NCBI GenBank assembly: GCA_002269645.1
Contig: NIVC01001987.1
Span: forward strand, 68,463-132,462
DNA from: Macrostomum lignano
Taxonomy: Eukaryota
DNA: 64,000 nucleotides
Reading direction: 5' to 3'
The notes below the pieces were generated by a model. That model was not told the DNA's origin. It worked only from the letters and a program-made list of their open reading frames with translations, and made no database searches. A program made the position numbers and the translations under genes. Shown one piece after another: positions 24,300 through 34,934 of this stretch (the first letter of the stretch is position 1; every line of letters begins with the position of its first letter).

Positions 24300-25355
24300 C
24301 TAGTTCTTGTCTAATTTTGTCTTAGCCAGTCTGCTTCCAAGTGCATACAGACACTTCAAGCAGCCCTTGGCAATGAAGCCTCATCTCTGACAATGGTCCA
24401 CAAATGGTTTGCTTGCTTTTGCTGCAGCTCCATGTCTCTGGACAACAATGACCAAGAAGGTCATCTAAATGTGGCCATTACTAACACAACTGTAGCCAGT
24501 CTGGAGGCTACTAGACGAGGATAGACACATAATAGTTCAAGAGCTCAAGAAAAGTGTGGGGATTTTGGATTTAAGCATCATTTCCATCTTGCACAATCAC
24601 CTTGGCATGAGGAAGGTGTCCGCATGCTGGGTCCCCCACCACCTGGACCCAAACTAGATATGGGCTCGGGTTGAGTTCTCAAACTTGCTCAAAAAGTTTG
24701 ATACAGGAGCTTTAAATTTGGTGGATAACATCATCACTGGTAATGAAACCTGGGTTTACTTTTATGACCAAGAAACCAAAGAGCAGAGCTAGCAGTGGAT
24801 TGCAAGAGAAGAGGATGCACCTATCAAGTTTTGTCTCAAGTGAAGCATTGGGAAAGTCATAGCAGTGGTTTTCTTCAGATGATGCAGCATCCTACCACCC
24901 GTGCTGCTCGAGGATTGTGCCACAGTGACTGGTGAATGGTATTCAACCATTTGTCTGCCGCAAGTGCTCAAAAGTCTTGCTTAGCAGCGTCCAAAGATGA
25001 GAGAATGCAGGATTCTACTGAATCACAACAATGCACCTGCCAAGATGACCCAGCAGTTTTTCCAGTTGACTCAGCTGACACTGCTACCACATGATCAAGA
25101 AGAACTTGAAGGGAAAATGATTTGGCTGCCATCAAGAGCTAGAAAATGTGCTGAGAACTGAGCTGGAAAGTGTCTCACAGCTGGAATTGAGACATTGTTT
25201 TAAAGCTTGGTTTCATCACATGAAAAAAATTTGTGGAATTGGCTGGAAATTATGTTGAGAAATGTCATTAGGTTAATGCTTATGCAGGTAAAATTTTGGG
25301 CAAATTGGATGAGCAGAAATGGGATTTTCCACAAACTTATTAAGCAGCCCTTGTA
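24300..25355 (+). mobile_element. Decayed mariner (irritans-like) transposon; transposase pseudogene
   Basis: Fragments LQAALGNEASSLTMVHKWF (HTH), KVSACWVPHHL, IITGNETWVYFYD, an in-frame TAG and LLNHNNAPA. The right end, read inward, is TA-CAAGGGCTGCTTAATAAGTTTGTGGAAAAT (25326-25355), resembling irritans-subfamily TIRs. Left TIR not found. Confidence 0.8.
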
Positions 25356-27957
25356 GATTCATATGCATACTATTTTCTTAATAGTAATATAGGCCAACTA
25401 TGCATGCCTACTTTTGGCATACAAGGCAAATGCACACCCTTAGGGCATATACAATATGATCTGGAGTTTGATACATTTATACCAATACCAATAAGCAATG
25501 TTAGGTAACTTAGGCTAGACTAGGCTAACTTATTTAAAAAATTATAAAAATTTAAGTCAAGATCATGTTAAGTTAAACTGCAACTAGACAAAACTTAGGC
25601 CTACTATTAATCTGATAAAACTAAAAATACAATTTACTCTAATTACAAACAAAGTAGGGCCTGTTTGTAAGGCTTAGCCTAGCCTATTTTGCATTATTAG
25701 ATAGTATGATTGCAAGAGATTTCATTTTTCTGTGGCTGAAATGTGCATAAAAATGCGTAAAATAATTAAATGTGGGAAACTTCAGGATTGCCTGAATAGC
25801 TATTAAATACAATATTATATATTATATCATAATCAAACCAAAAAATCACAATAGCAAAAACCTAGTCTTAAGAGTAAACTAACTAAATCTTAACCTCACA
25901 AGAACTATTATTACAGTATTACTAAACAGTACACTAAACAGTCTGTCAAGTAACTTTAATTTTTAAAAACTTGTGTATAAAAACTTGTCCATGGTGAATC
26001 GTTTTTAACACAATAAATACTTACAGTATACTGTGCCTCCAAATGAAGTTACAAAGTCTGCTGCTGGTGCCTGGGATACAGGCGCAGCGGCAGCGACGCC
26101 GCCAGCAGAGTTTAAATTAGGTGGGAAAAGTGTATTCCCCCCTATCATCATCGCCATTGCCACGAAAATGGAAGTTTTTTAGTCGACGAAAAGCTTAATT
26201 TACGCAGTTTAACAAGCGGATATTTGTTAAAACATTACCAATACTACAACCGCCTGAGGATTATTATAATGGCTTAGGCAAGTGATAGCGATGATGAAGC
26301 CTGCCTGCCCACTGCCGAGTCGAATCTCAATTTCCCCGCGAAAATTACTAAAAAACGATAAGTTGAATTACTGCTTTAACATACAAAACAGCGTTCTGCC
26401 ATAATTATAAAACAAAAAATAAAAAATACAATACTAAATTATGATTGTCAAAATGAAAATGATCAGAAGCGCACTATACACCGCCTTTTGTTTACTTATC
26501 AACAAGCCGGAAATAAATCAAGTTTTCCTAATATTTTGGGTTTTCACGCAGGTCGGTAGTACTTTTTGACCACTTTTAAGTTTTAACCAAAGCGTATCAA
26601 AAGGTCATGACCCTAAGACAAAGTCTCCCCCAGTGAAGATGCTGCCTTAACTTACTCATATTTACTAAGGAAATTTAATTTATTTTTTACTTCTTTCCTC
26701 TATCTCACTCTTACGTCTTATCATGACTAGGCCTATTCCTATACTATAATACACATAAATAGGACCTAGACAGATGAGACAAATCTTAAACACTTCTAAA
26801 ATGTTGGCATAAGGACAATATTCATTTTTGGAAAGTTTCATTTCAATAGCTAGAAATGTGCATACAGTGAGTTTAACAAACAATTCTGCAGGACAATCAA
26901 ATTAATTTTATATTTATTCTTGTCTATTTTTTCATTAGAGTTAGCAGTTAGGCGTTGGCCTAGCTAGTCCACAACTGTTGTCTCTGTTTAAGCCTTGTTT
27001 AATATTTTTGATGATAAAGCCTAAACCTGCCAGGGTAGGTCTAATGTCTGGCTCACCTTTGAAAATTGGTTAAGTAATAAAAAAGTTAGGTCTACAAAAC
27101 TTTTTTAGCATATTTTATTTTCAATTTTCAACATTTTTAAAAAAAATTTTTGTTAGTATTATTAGGCACTGTGATCACTTTTGTCCAAAAACTAGGTTTT
27201 CACTTTTTATAAATATTTTAGGGCCTACTTTTATTGACCCATTTTCATCTTAATTAAAATTGTTACTAGTAAGGCCTAAATTTGAATATGTATAAATAAA
27301 CAAATAAACTATAATAGCTAACTTTTTTAAGTAAGACTAGTAGGCATATGAAGACTAAGAGCCTGACAATGCCTAGGCCTAATGCAATGTAAAAAACTTA
27401 TCAAAAATGATATTGATAGACACTTAGTGCTTGAATTCTTAATTTTTTAAATAATTTTTGGGCCTAGGCCCTATCCATTTTTTCTGTCCATTTTTGTTTT
27501 TCATTTTTATTTTTTATCATTTTTTATTTATTGATAGAATAGGTGTAATTTAAATCTAAGTTTCAATATAAGTAAAACAGGCCTAGCACAATAAAGGCTA
27601 AGCTAGACTAGGCCCTAACCTTTTGAAAAAATCAAAACAATGAAAATCCTTAAAATTTGAGGTATATATCTAAAAATTAAAAACAAAAGATTAGTCAAAA
27701 TTATATTAGTTTTGCATTTTAATACCTTTGTATTATTTTTTATATTTATTAGAATTTACTAATTGTTTTTCTATTTTAAAAATGTAACATAGAAACCTTA
27801 TTTTTTAATTGTTAGTTTCTAGTTTTTTTATAACAAAGTAGTTTTTTTTCTTTCTAGTTTATATTTGCTTTTTTCAAATTAATTGCAATAATTAAAAATC
27901 AATTATATTATAAAGCTATTTACTTATAGAAAAAACTACCTTTCATTTTAGACTAGA

Positions 27958-28183
27958 TAGGGGTTAGAAACCTTTTTCTACTTAAAGGCCAGATAGGTTT
28001 TTAGTTTAAGACTATAGGCCACAGGTTGCCCCCCCCCATTATTTTGCCTCTAAGTCTTTACCTAATAAAGTTACAATAAAGGTCTGGGCCAGATTGTAAT
28101 AATGAAGATAGAAGAAATTCGTGGGCCAGAGAAAGTCTTTACAGGCCAGATCTGGCCTGTGGGCCAGAGGTTGCCAACCCCTG
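27958..28183. mobile_element. hAT/Charlie-like MITE remnant (~225 bp)
   Basis: Left TAGGGGTTAGAAACCTTTTTC...GGCCAGATAG and right GGCCTGTGGGCC-AGAGGTTGCCAACCCCTG form degenerate CAGGGGTTGGCAAC-type TIRs; no matching 8-bp TSD. Confidence 0.45.
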
Positions 28184-28287
28184 TTTTAGGCCTAGGTCTA
28201 TCTTGGCTATTAAGTAATGTTTAATAAGCCTAAGGTTAAGGTAAGGATAGGCCTAGGGGATATCCTATGCTTATCATACTTGGGTCA

Positions 28288-28680
28288 CTTCACAAGCTCA
28301 AAATTTCACAAGTCCTCAAAAAGCACTTCCTTTCACAAAGCCAAAACTTCATAAGCTCAAAATTTCACAACCTTGAAAAATTTTAGCAGCCGACTTCATA
28401 AGCTCAAAATTTCACAAGCTTGAAATTTGATATCCTCAAAAATTTTACCAGGCGACTTCAAAAGCTGCTAAAATGATTTTCAAAGTTGTGAAATTTTAAG
28501 CTTGTGAAGCCAGCTTCTAAAATTTTTGAGGATATGAAATTGCCTACTTATGAAAGTAGCTTATGAAGTTGCCTGCTAAAATTTTCGAGGATATGAAATT
28601 TCGAGCTTATGAAGTTTCAGGTCTGTGAAAGTGGCTGCTAAAATGGTTTTTGAGTTTGTGAAATTTCGAGCTTGTGAAAG
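28288..28680. mobile_element. Foldback-like imperfect palindrome built from internal repeats
   Basis: The left half repeats CTTCA(C/T)AAGCTCAAAATTTCACAA; the right half repeats its reverse complement TTGTGAAATTTCGAGCTT(A/G)TGAA. Confidence 0.6.
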
Positions 28681-28704
28681 CAATCCTCCCTCATGCTTGG
28701 GCAC

Positions 28705-29080
28705 AACCTAGGGATTCACCTGGCCATTTCTATTGGCAACACACATGTAGGTTGCTATTGGATGGAATAGTAGTCACATGACTGCTCTCATACATGCGCA
28801 ACCCCCCTGATTTACACTGGCCATGCGACTTACTTTTTGACCAAAAATGCGACTTACCTGTGAAAGAAACCCTAACGCAATTTTGGGTAAACGGCAGGAG
28901 TAACTATGACTTATAACTTATAAGGGCTAAATGCCTCGTCATCTAATTAGTACTATGTCTGTATTCTATAGGCTGGGCATTTTTGCGACTTACCCCTGGT
29001 CCACCACAATTTACGGTGGCCAGATCGGCCAGGTCGGCCAGCAGTTGCGCATGTATGACTGCTCTCAGCCAATAGGGACA

Positions 29081-29138
<58 letters not shown>

Positions 29139-29171
29139 GCCAATAGAAACGGCCAAGTGATTCCCAAGGTT
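28705..29171. mobile_element. MITE-like element with ~40-bp terminal inverted repeats and internal (TG)n
   Basis: Left AACCTAGGGATTCACCTGGCCATTTCTATTGGCAACACACA vs reverse complement of right end AACCTTGGGAATCACTTGGCCGTTTCTATTGGCAACACACA; inner inverted similarity around CATACATGCGCAAC/GTTGCGCATGTATG. Confidence 0.65.
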
Positions 29172-29659
29172 ACGCATGGATGATATGCTTACAATATATT
29201 AGTCCTATCAATATGGACCTATCTAATATGAGCATAGACTAAGACTAATAGCTAATGTGGATACTTCTGTTACTTGTCATTATAAACTTATTTAGTTTTG
29301 ATGCCCTAATGGCTAGATCATTTTTACATTATTTACATTGTCCCCTTATATATAAAATAGTTTGAAGGCATTAATTTATTTAGTTACTTGCTTGATTGTA
29401 GCCAAATTAGCCAATGCCTAATTGTGCATTAGACAACCAACTAGTGCACTAGTATTTTTTATAATAGTTTGTAGATACTATTTTGTGCCATATTATTTTT
29501 GCTTTGCTATATCAAATTATGCTATTTCTTATTGTAGCATGCTATACTCTACTACTCTCTCTCGAACCTTGCTAAACAAATTCAAGTAGAAACCATCAGA
29601 AATGACTGCCAGTGCTGCGCGCACCCTTTCATGCAGTGGCGCATTCCGCCAAGTCTCCC

Positions 29660-32087
29660 ATGCTCTCGGTGCTGTCCCGGTCCCGAGGCGCTCGCCTCCT
29701 CAGCCTGCTTGCCAGCAGTGGCTGTCAGCCAATTCGCCCGCTGGCGCTGCTGGCCCCTCTGCCCGGCCAGCTGCTCTGCTGCCGGTGCTTTGCTGCTCCC
29801 GCTGAGCCGCAGGGCCAGCCGCGGTCCCCGCCGCAGCAGCAGCCGCCGCCGCCTCCCGCTGAAGAGAGTCGATGGACAGGTAATTAAGGTTCGCTATTAA
29901 GCGATCGCCTACTGAAGAGTTGCAAGAGAATGGAAGCGAATCTCTGATAGTGTGTGCAAGATGGCTGCGAGCTGATAGTTAAATAGAACTTCAAACGTGT
30001 GCGCCACCGGATAGGGTCCTGGCTCTGAGGTTAAGGCCAGTTGACTACGAGCACAAGAACTAAATAACCGGTCCTGGCCTACCGCGAGTTCGAATCTCAC
30101 TTTGGAAACACGTAGAAGTTCGCATTTGCTACAATCAGTGGCCATGTTTCAGGATCTGTCTTCATTTATTTGAGATGAAGAAGCTGAAAAACTGCGATCT
30201 TTATTGAATGTCTCAAAGGTCCCAGAAGGCTGGCTGGCTTTGCATTGATGACGTCAGCTCGAAACACCAATAAGAATGTGCGGTTTAACTTGGGGGGGGG
30301 GGGGTTGAAGCGGGTGCAAATGTCTGGAGTTGGAGCTGAGCCAAGGGGCATCATGACCACCCCGCAGGCAAAAACAGCTGGAAGCTCAGCCTGGTTCTGT
30401 TCGGCGCTTTTGTCTCGGTTGGCGCCGCCGGCACACTGATTTCGTTCGGCCAGCCGGAGGCGGACGAGTCCGGCCGCCCCGTGCCCGACCGATTCTCGGA
30501 CAGGCCGCTGCCCGTCGCCTACCTGCTGCGCGCCCTGGCCAACATGCGCGATTTCAACCGCAGTATCAAGGATCCGATCTCCGACAAGCTGCTGCCGGAC
30601 CCGGCTCAGCCGCCTTACTACCAGCCGCCCTACACTCTGGTGCTGGAGGTCACCGGCATCCTGCTGCACAGCGAGTGGTCGTTTCGCACCGGCTGGCGGT
30701 TCAAGAAGCGGCCTGGTCTGGACGTCTTCTTGCAGCAGGTGGCGCCCTACTTTGAAGTTGTGGTCTACACCAAGGACACCATGATGAACCTGGACCCGGT
30801 GCTCAAGCAGGTCAGCTTTTTCTATAGCATTTTCTGTGGCATGCGAACCCCTTAGCTGATTGAATGAGCACACTTTAGCAGCGAAGCTATTGCTCGCCAG
30901 ATTGCATTGTGGCTGGCTAAATTGCATTGTGGCAATGTTGCAGAAGATTGTACTTCTTAAGTAATACTTTACTTAACAATTCCCCCCAGCGCTTTAAAAC
31001 ACTGGAAATACAAAGCCATTTTTCGCGCGTCAACTACTATGGGGGGATTTTTCTGCTGACAGTTTTTGCTGCTTTGGTAGTTCGTCTGTTGAGCAGAGCT
31101 GCGAACAGGCAGCTTGCGTCAATCTAAAAAAACAGCCAATGGGGCAAATTAAGCTGTGCTTCAAGTGCAGTTCACTTGTGATTGGGCAGTAGTTCTTAGC
31201 TGCGGTAGAAGCACAGGGTGAGCTCCAAGTGCTGTTCACTCTGTTGTGATAGGGCAGCAGTTCTTAGCTGCGGTAGAAGCACAGGGTGAGCTCCAAGTGC
31301 AGTTCACTCTGTTGTGATAGGGCAGCAGTTCTTAGCTGCGGTAGAAGCACAGGGTGAGCTCCAAGTGCAGTTCACTCTGTTGTGATAGGGCAGCAGTTCT
31401 TAGCTGCGGTAGAAGCACAGGGTGAGCTCCAAGTGCAGTTCACTCTGTTGTGATAGGGCAGCAGTTTTGTTTGTGTTAAAAACACAGGGTGAGAGCTGCG
31501 ACCTACCAGAGTCGCATGCTGTGCACAGCCCTTATCTATAAATGCTTGAAATATTTCTGTGCATCAAGTTTTGTTGACTTAGAACAAGAATCTGAATTGT
31601 GGACAGTAGTTATCAATAGTTTATCTCCACTCGTCCGCAGGTGGATCCGGACCGGCAGTTCCTGCACTACCGGCTCTACCGAGAGTCCACGCGCTACCGA
31701 GACGGCGTGCACCTGAAGGACCTGTCCTGCCTCAACCGGGACCTGTCCAAGGTGATCTTCGTGGACTGGGACGCCAAGGCCTGCCAGTTGCAGCCGCGCA
31801 ACTGCCTGGCGATGCGGCGCTGGCGCGGCGACGACCGCGACCTGGAGCTCATCGACCTCGCCGCCTTCCTGCGGATGCTGCTGGCCGAGCGAGTGGACGA
31901 TGTCCGGGGGGTGCTGGACTTCTACAGCGGCTTCGAGGACCCCATGGCCGAGTTCCGGCTAAGGCAGCAGCAGCTGGTCGAGTCGCAGGAGGCCGCCAAG
32001 AAGCGCAAGGCGGCGGCCACGGCTGGCGGCGGCTCCGGGCGGAAGGCCGGCCCGCTGAGCGGCGTCGGGTTGAGCGGCCTGCGTTGA
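29660..32087 (+). CDS. TIMM50: Mitochondrial import inner membrane translocase subunit TIM50; exons 29660-29879, 30368-30810, 31641-32087; ~369 aa
   Basis: Arg/Ser/Leu-rich presequence, then TM segment ([22 protein letters not shown]), then [52 protein letters not shown] and [14 protein letters not shown] (FCP1/NIF-like domain). Frame is continuous across GT-AG introns. The ORF-track start 29612 is GTG; the first in-frame ATG is 29660. Confidence 0.95.
30015..30100 (+). pseudogene. tRNA-like (Ser/Leu-type) pseudogene or SINE in TIM50 intron 1
   Basis: A-box-like TGGCTCTGAGG-TTAAGGC and B-box GAGTTCGAATC, T-stem GCGAG/CTCAC with one mismatch; no acceptor stem. Confidence 0.35.
31165..31490. 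repeat. 68-bp minisatellite, ~4 copies, in TIM50 intron 2
   Basis: AGTTCTTAGCTGCGGTAGAAGCACAGGG... units at 31191, 31259, 31327 and onward. Confidence 0.93.
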
Positions 32088-32368
32088 TCCGGGCATTCCC
32101 AGCCGCTTAGCAATGCCCAGTGTTTTCCAAATCTTTGCTGCATTGAACAAATTGACTCTGGCTGCCTTTGGGATGCTTATATAGAGAAGACAGCAGCGGT
32201 AGGCCCTGTAAATACGCTCTTGTATCCAAGGGAACTGATTGCTGTTGCTATGCAGCCAGATTACCGTGCTCGGTCATAAGCTTTCTACCACCCAATATTT
32301 GTCCGCGTTGAGTTCGCCGCGCTTTCGTGGCTTTTGATTTCCAGTCGGCCAGCCATTAAAATGAATTT

Positions 32369-32530
32369 TTAGTTCAATTGGGACTTTTGTCGGCTAACTT
32401 TAACATTCTGAGAGTATTCGAATGCGATCATGCTTGCAAGGCTTAGTTCAATTGGGACTTTTGTCGGCTAACTTTAACATTCTGAGAGTATTCGAATGCG
32501 ATCATGCTTGCAAGGCTTAGTTCAATTGTG
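32369..32530. repeat. 74-bp tandem duplication downstream of TIM50
   Basis: AGTTCAATTG starts at 32371, 32445 and 32519. Confidence 0.9.
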
Positions 32531-32624
32531 CCTGCTACATGTACTTTCTGATCTGAATAGTGCACTCATTGTAGTTTGATGTTCCTGCATAAATGCTATT
32601 TTTGTTAATGCAGTTTGGCCCCTG

Positions 32625-33000
32625 TCTTGGCCGCAGTGCTGGCTAATCACCTGTACATGCAGTTTGGCCTGGCTGCAGTGCTGGCTAATCACCTGTACAT
32701 GCAGTTTGGCCTGGCCGCAGTGCTGGCTAATCACCTGTACATGCAGTTTGGCCTGGCCGCAGTGCTGGCTAATCACCTGTACATGCAGTTTGGCCTGGCC
32801 GCAGTGCTGGCTAATCACCTGTACATGCAGTTTGGCCTGGCTGCAGTGCTGGCTAATCACCTGTACATGCAGTTTGGCCTGGCTGCAGTGCTGGCTAATC
32901 ACCTGTACATGCAGTTTGGCCTGGCCGCAGTGCTGGCTAATCACTTGTACATGCAGTTTGGCCTGGCTGCAGTGCTGGCTAATCACCTGTACATGCAGTT
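32625..33000. repeat. 42-bp minisatellite, ~9 copies
   Basis: CTGGCYGCAGTGCTGGCTAATCACCTGTACATGCAGTTTGGC repeated. Confidence 0.95.
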
Positions 33001-33569
33001 ATTTTGTTGCTATAGTTTAGGAAACGGCAGCCTCAGCATTTTTCCCTCCTTCCCCTGTTCCGTGCTATGCTGCCCAGTGACGCTGCTATCTATTAGCTAG
33101 TTAAATTAGTTTTAATTACGATTCTTTGCAACATTGTTGTTGCTGCCTGATGCCGCCTGGAATTAGAAAATCCTTTGATAAATTAATTTTTCCCAAGTTT
33201 GCAGTTTTGCAAAAAATACACGCCGGATTGAACTCCAGTGCACTCATTGGCGCGGGAGATCTGCTCTGCTTTTCCGCCTGTGTTCCTGAGTGAGAATTCT
33301 GACAAGTGCAGCTTGCTAAGCTGTTTGCTTTACTCAGATTTATTTCTGTTACGCTTTTGTGGCCGTCAGTCACAAGTAATTTGCTAGCTCTTGGCTGGCT
33401 TGATAAGCCTGACCCGAAATTGTCTGTCTGAGACTATCAGCTAGACTTCTCCGCCGCTCCTCTGTTGTGTTTGCTAGTGCCAGGCACCTGTGGGGGCGCC
33501 CCGTTGGAAACATTTCTCTCGCTCTTAAATCACATCAGCACCGGAAGCCGGAAGCCTATCGCCTCTCAG

Positions 33570-34745
33570 TGTACCCACCCGTCCGCACCCATGTACCCAC
33601 TGTCCGCCCCCATGTACCCACTGTCCGCCCCCATGTACCCACTGTCCGCCCCCATGTACCCACTGTCCGCCCCTCCATGTACCCACCCGTCCGCACCCAT
33701 GTACCCACTGTCCGCCCCCATGTACTCACTGTCCGCCCCCATGTACCCACTGTCCGCCCCTCCATGTACCCACTGTCCGCCCCTCCATGTACCCACTGTC
33801 TGCCCCTCTATGTACTCATTGTCCGCCCCTCCATGTACCCACTGTCCACCCCTCTAGGTACCCATTGTCCGCCCCTCCATGCACCCACTTTCCGCCCCCT
33901 GTACCCGCCGTCCGCCCCCATGTATCCACTTTCCGCCCCCATGTACCCACCGTCCACACCCATGCGCCCGCTGTCCGCCCTTCCATGTACCCACCGTCCA
34001 CACCCATGCGCCCGCTGTCCGCCCTTCCATGTACCCACCTTCCACACCCATGCGCCCGCTGTCCGCCCTTCCATGTACCCACCGTCCACACCCATGCGCC
34101 CGCTGTCCGCCCTTCCATGTACCCACCGTCCACACCCATGCGCCCGCTGTCCGCCCTTCCATGTACCCACCGTCCACACCCATGCGCCCGCTGTCCGCCC
34201 TTCCATGTACCCACCGTCCACACCCATGCGCCCGCTGTCCGCCCTTCCATGTACCCACCTTCCACACCCATGCGCCCGCTGTCCGCCCTTCCATGTACCC
34301 ACCGTCCACACCCATGCGCCCGCTGTCCGCCCTTCCATGTACCCACCTTCCACACCCATGCGCCCGCTGTCCGCCCTTCCATGTACCCACCGTCCACACC
34401 CATGCGCCCGCTGTCCGCCCTTCCATGTACCCACCTTCCACACCCATGCGCCCGCTGTCCGCCCTTCCATGTACCCACCGTCCACACCCATGCGCCCGCT
34501 GTCCGCCCTTCCATGTACCCACCGTCCACACCCATGCGCCCGTTGTCCGCCCTTCCATGTACCCACCGTCCACACCCATGCGCCCGCTGTCCGCCCTTCC
34601 ATGTACCCACCGTCCACACCCATGCGCCCGTTGTCCGCCCTTCCATGTACCCACCGTCCACACCCATGCGCCCGCTGTCCGCCCTTCCATGTACCCACCG
34701 TCCACACCCATGCGCCCGCTGTCCGCCCTTCCATGTACCCGCTGT
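33570..34745. repeat. C-rich satellite: ~22-bp monomers grading into a 44-bp dimeric unit
   Basis: CATGTACCCACTGTCCGCCCCC monomers up to ~33940, then CCATGTACCCACCGTCCACACCCATGCGCCCGCTGTCCGCCCTT. Confidence 0.95.
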
Positions 34746-34934
34746 CCGACCCTTTATGCACCCAGTGTCTGGCCCTCCACGTCATCACTATCTGCCCTTC
34801 ATGTAACCACTGTTGATTATTCCGCTGTAAAAGTTTCATTCTTTGTGATGAGTAGCTTTATTTGTTTCGATCTGTTGTGTCTGCACCCCTCTATGTCCTG
34901 ATATGTTGGCCTGACTCTTGCAGAGGCCTCACTC

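Noticed and set aside
25400-27950. Very AT-rich block as possible organellar insert or foreign DNA
   Set aside because: No recognisable mitochondrial genes, tRNAs or ORFs; treated as decayed intergenic DNA
33467-34901. Pro/His-rich 280-450 aa ORFs on both strands
   Set aside because: Frame-cycling translation of the 22/44-bp satellite
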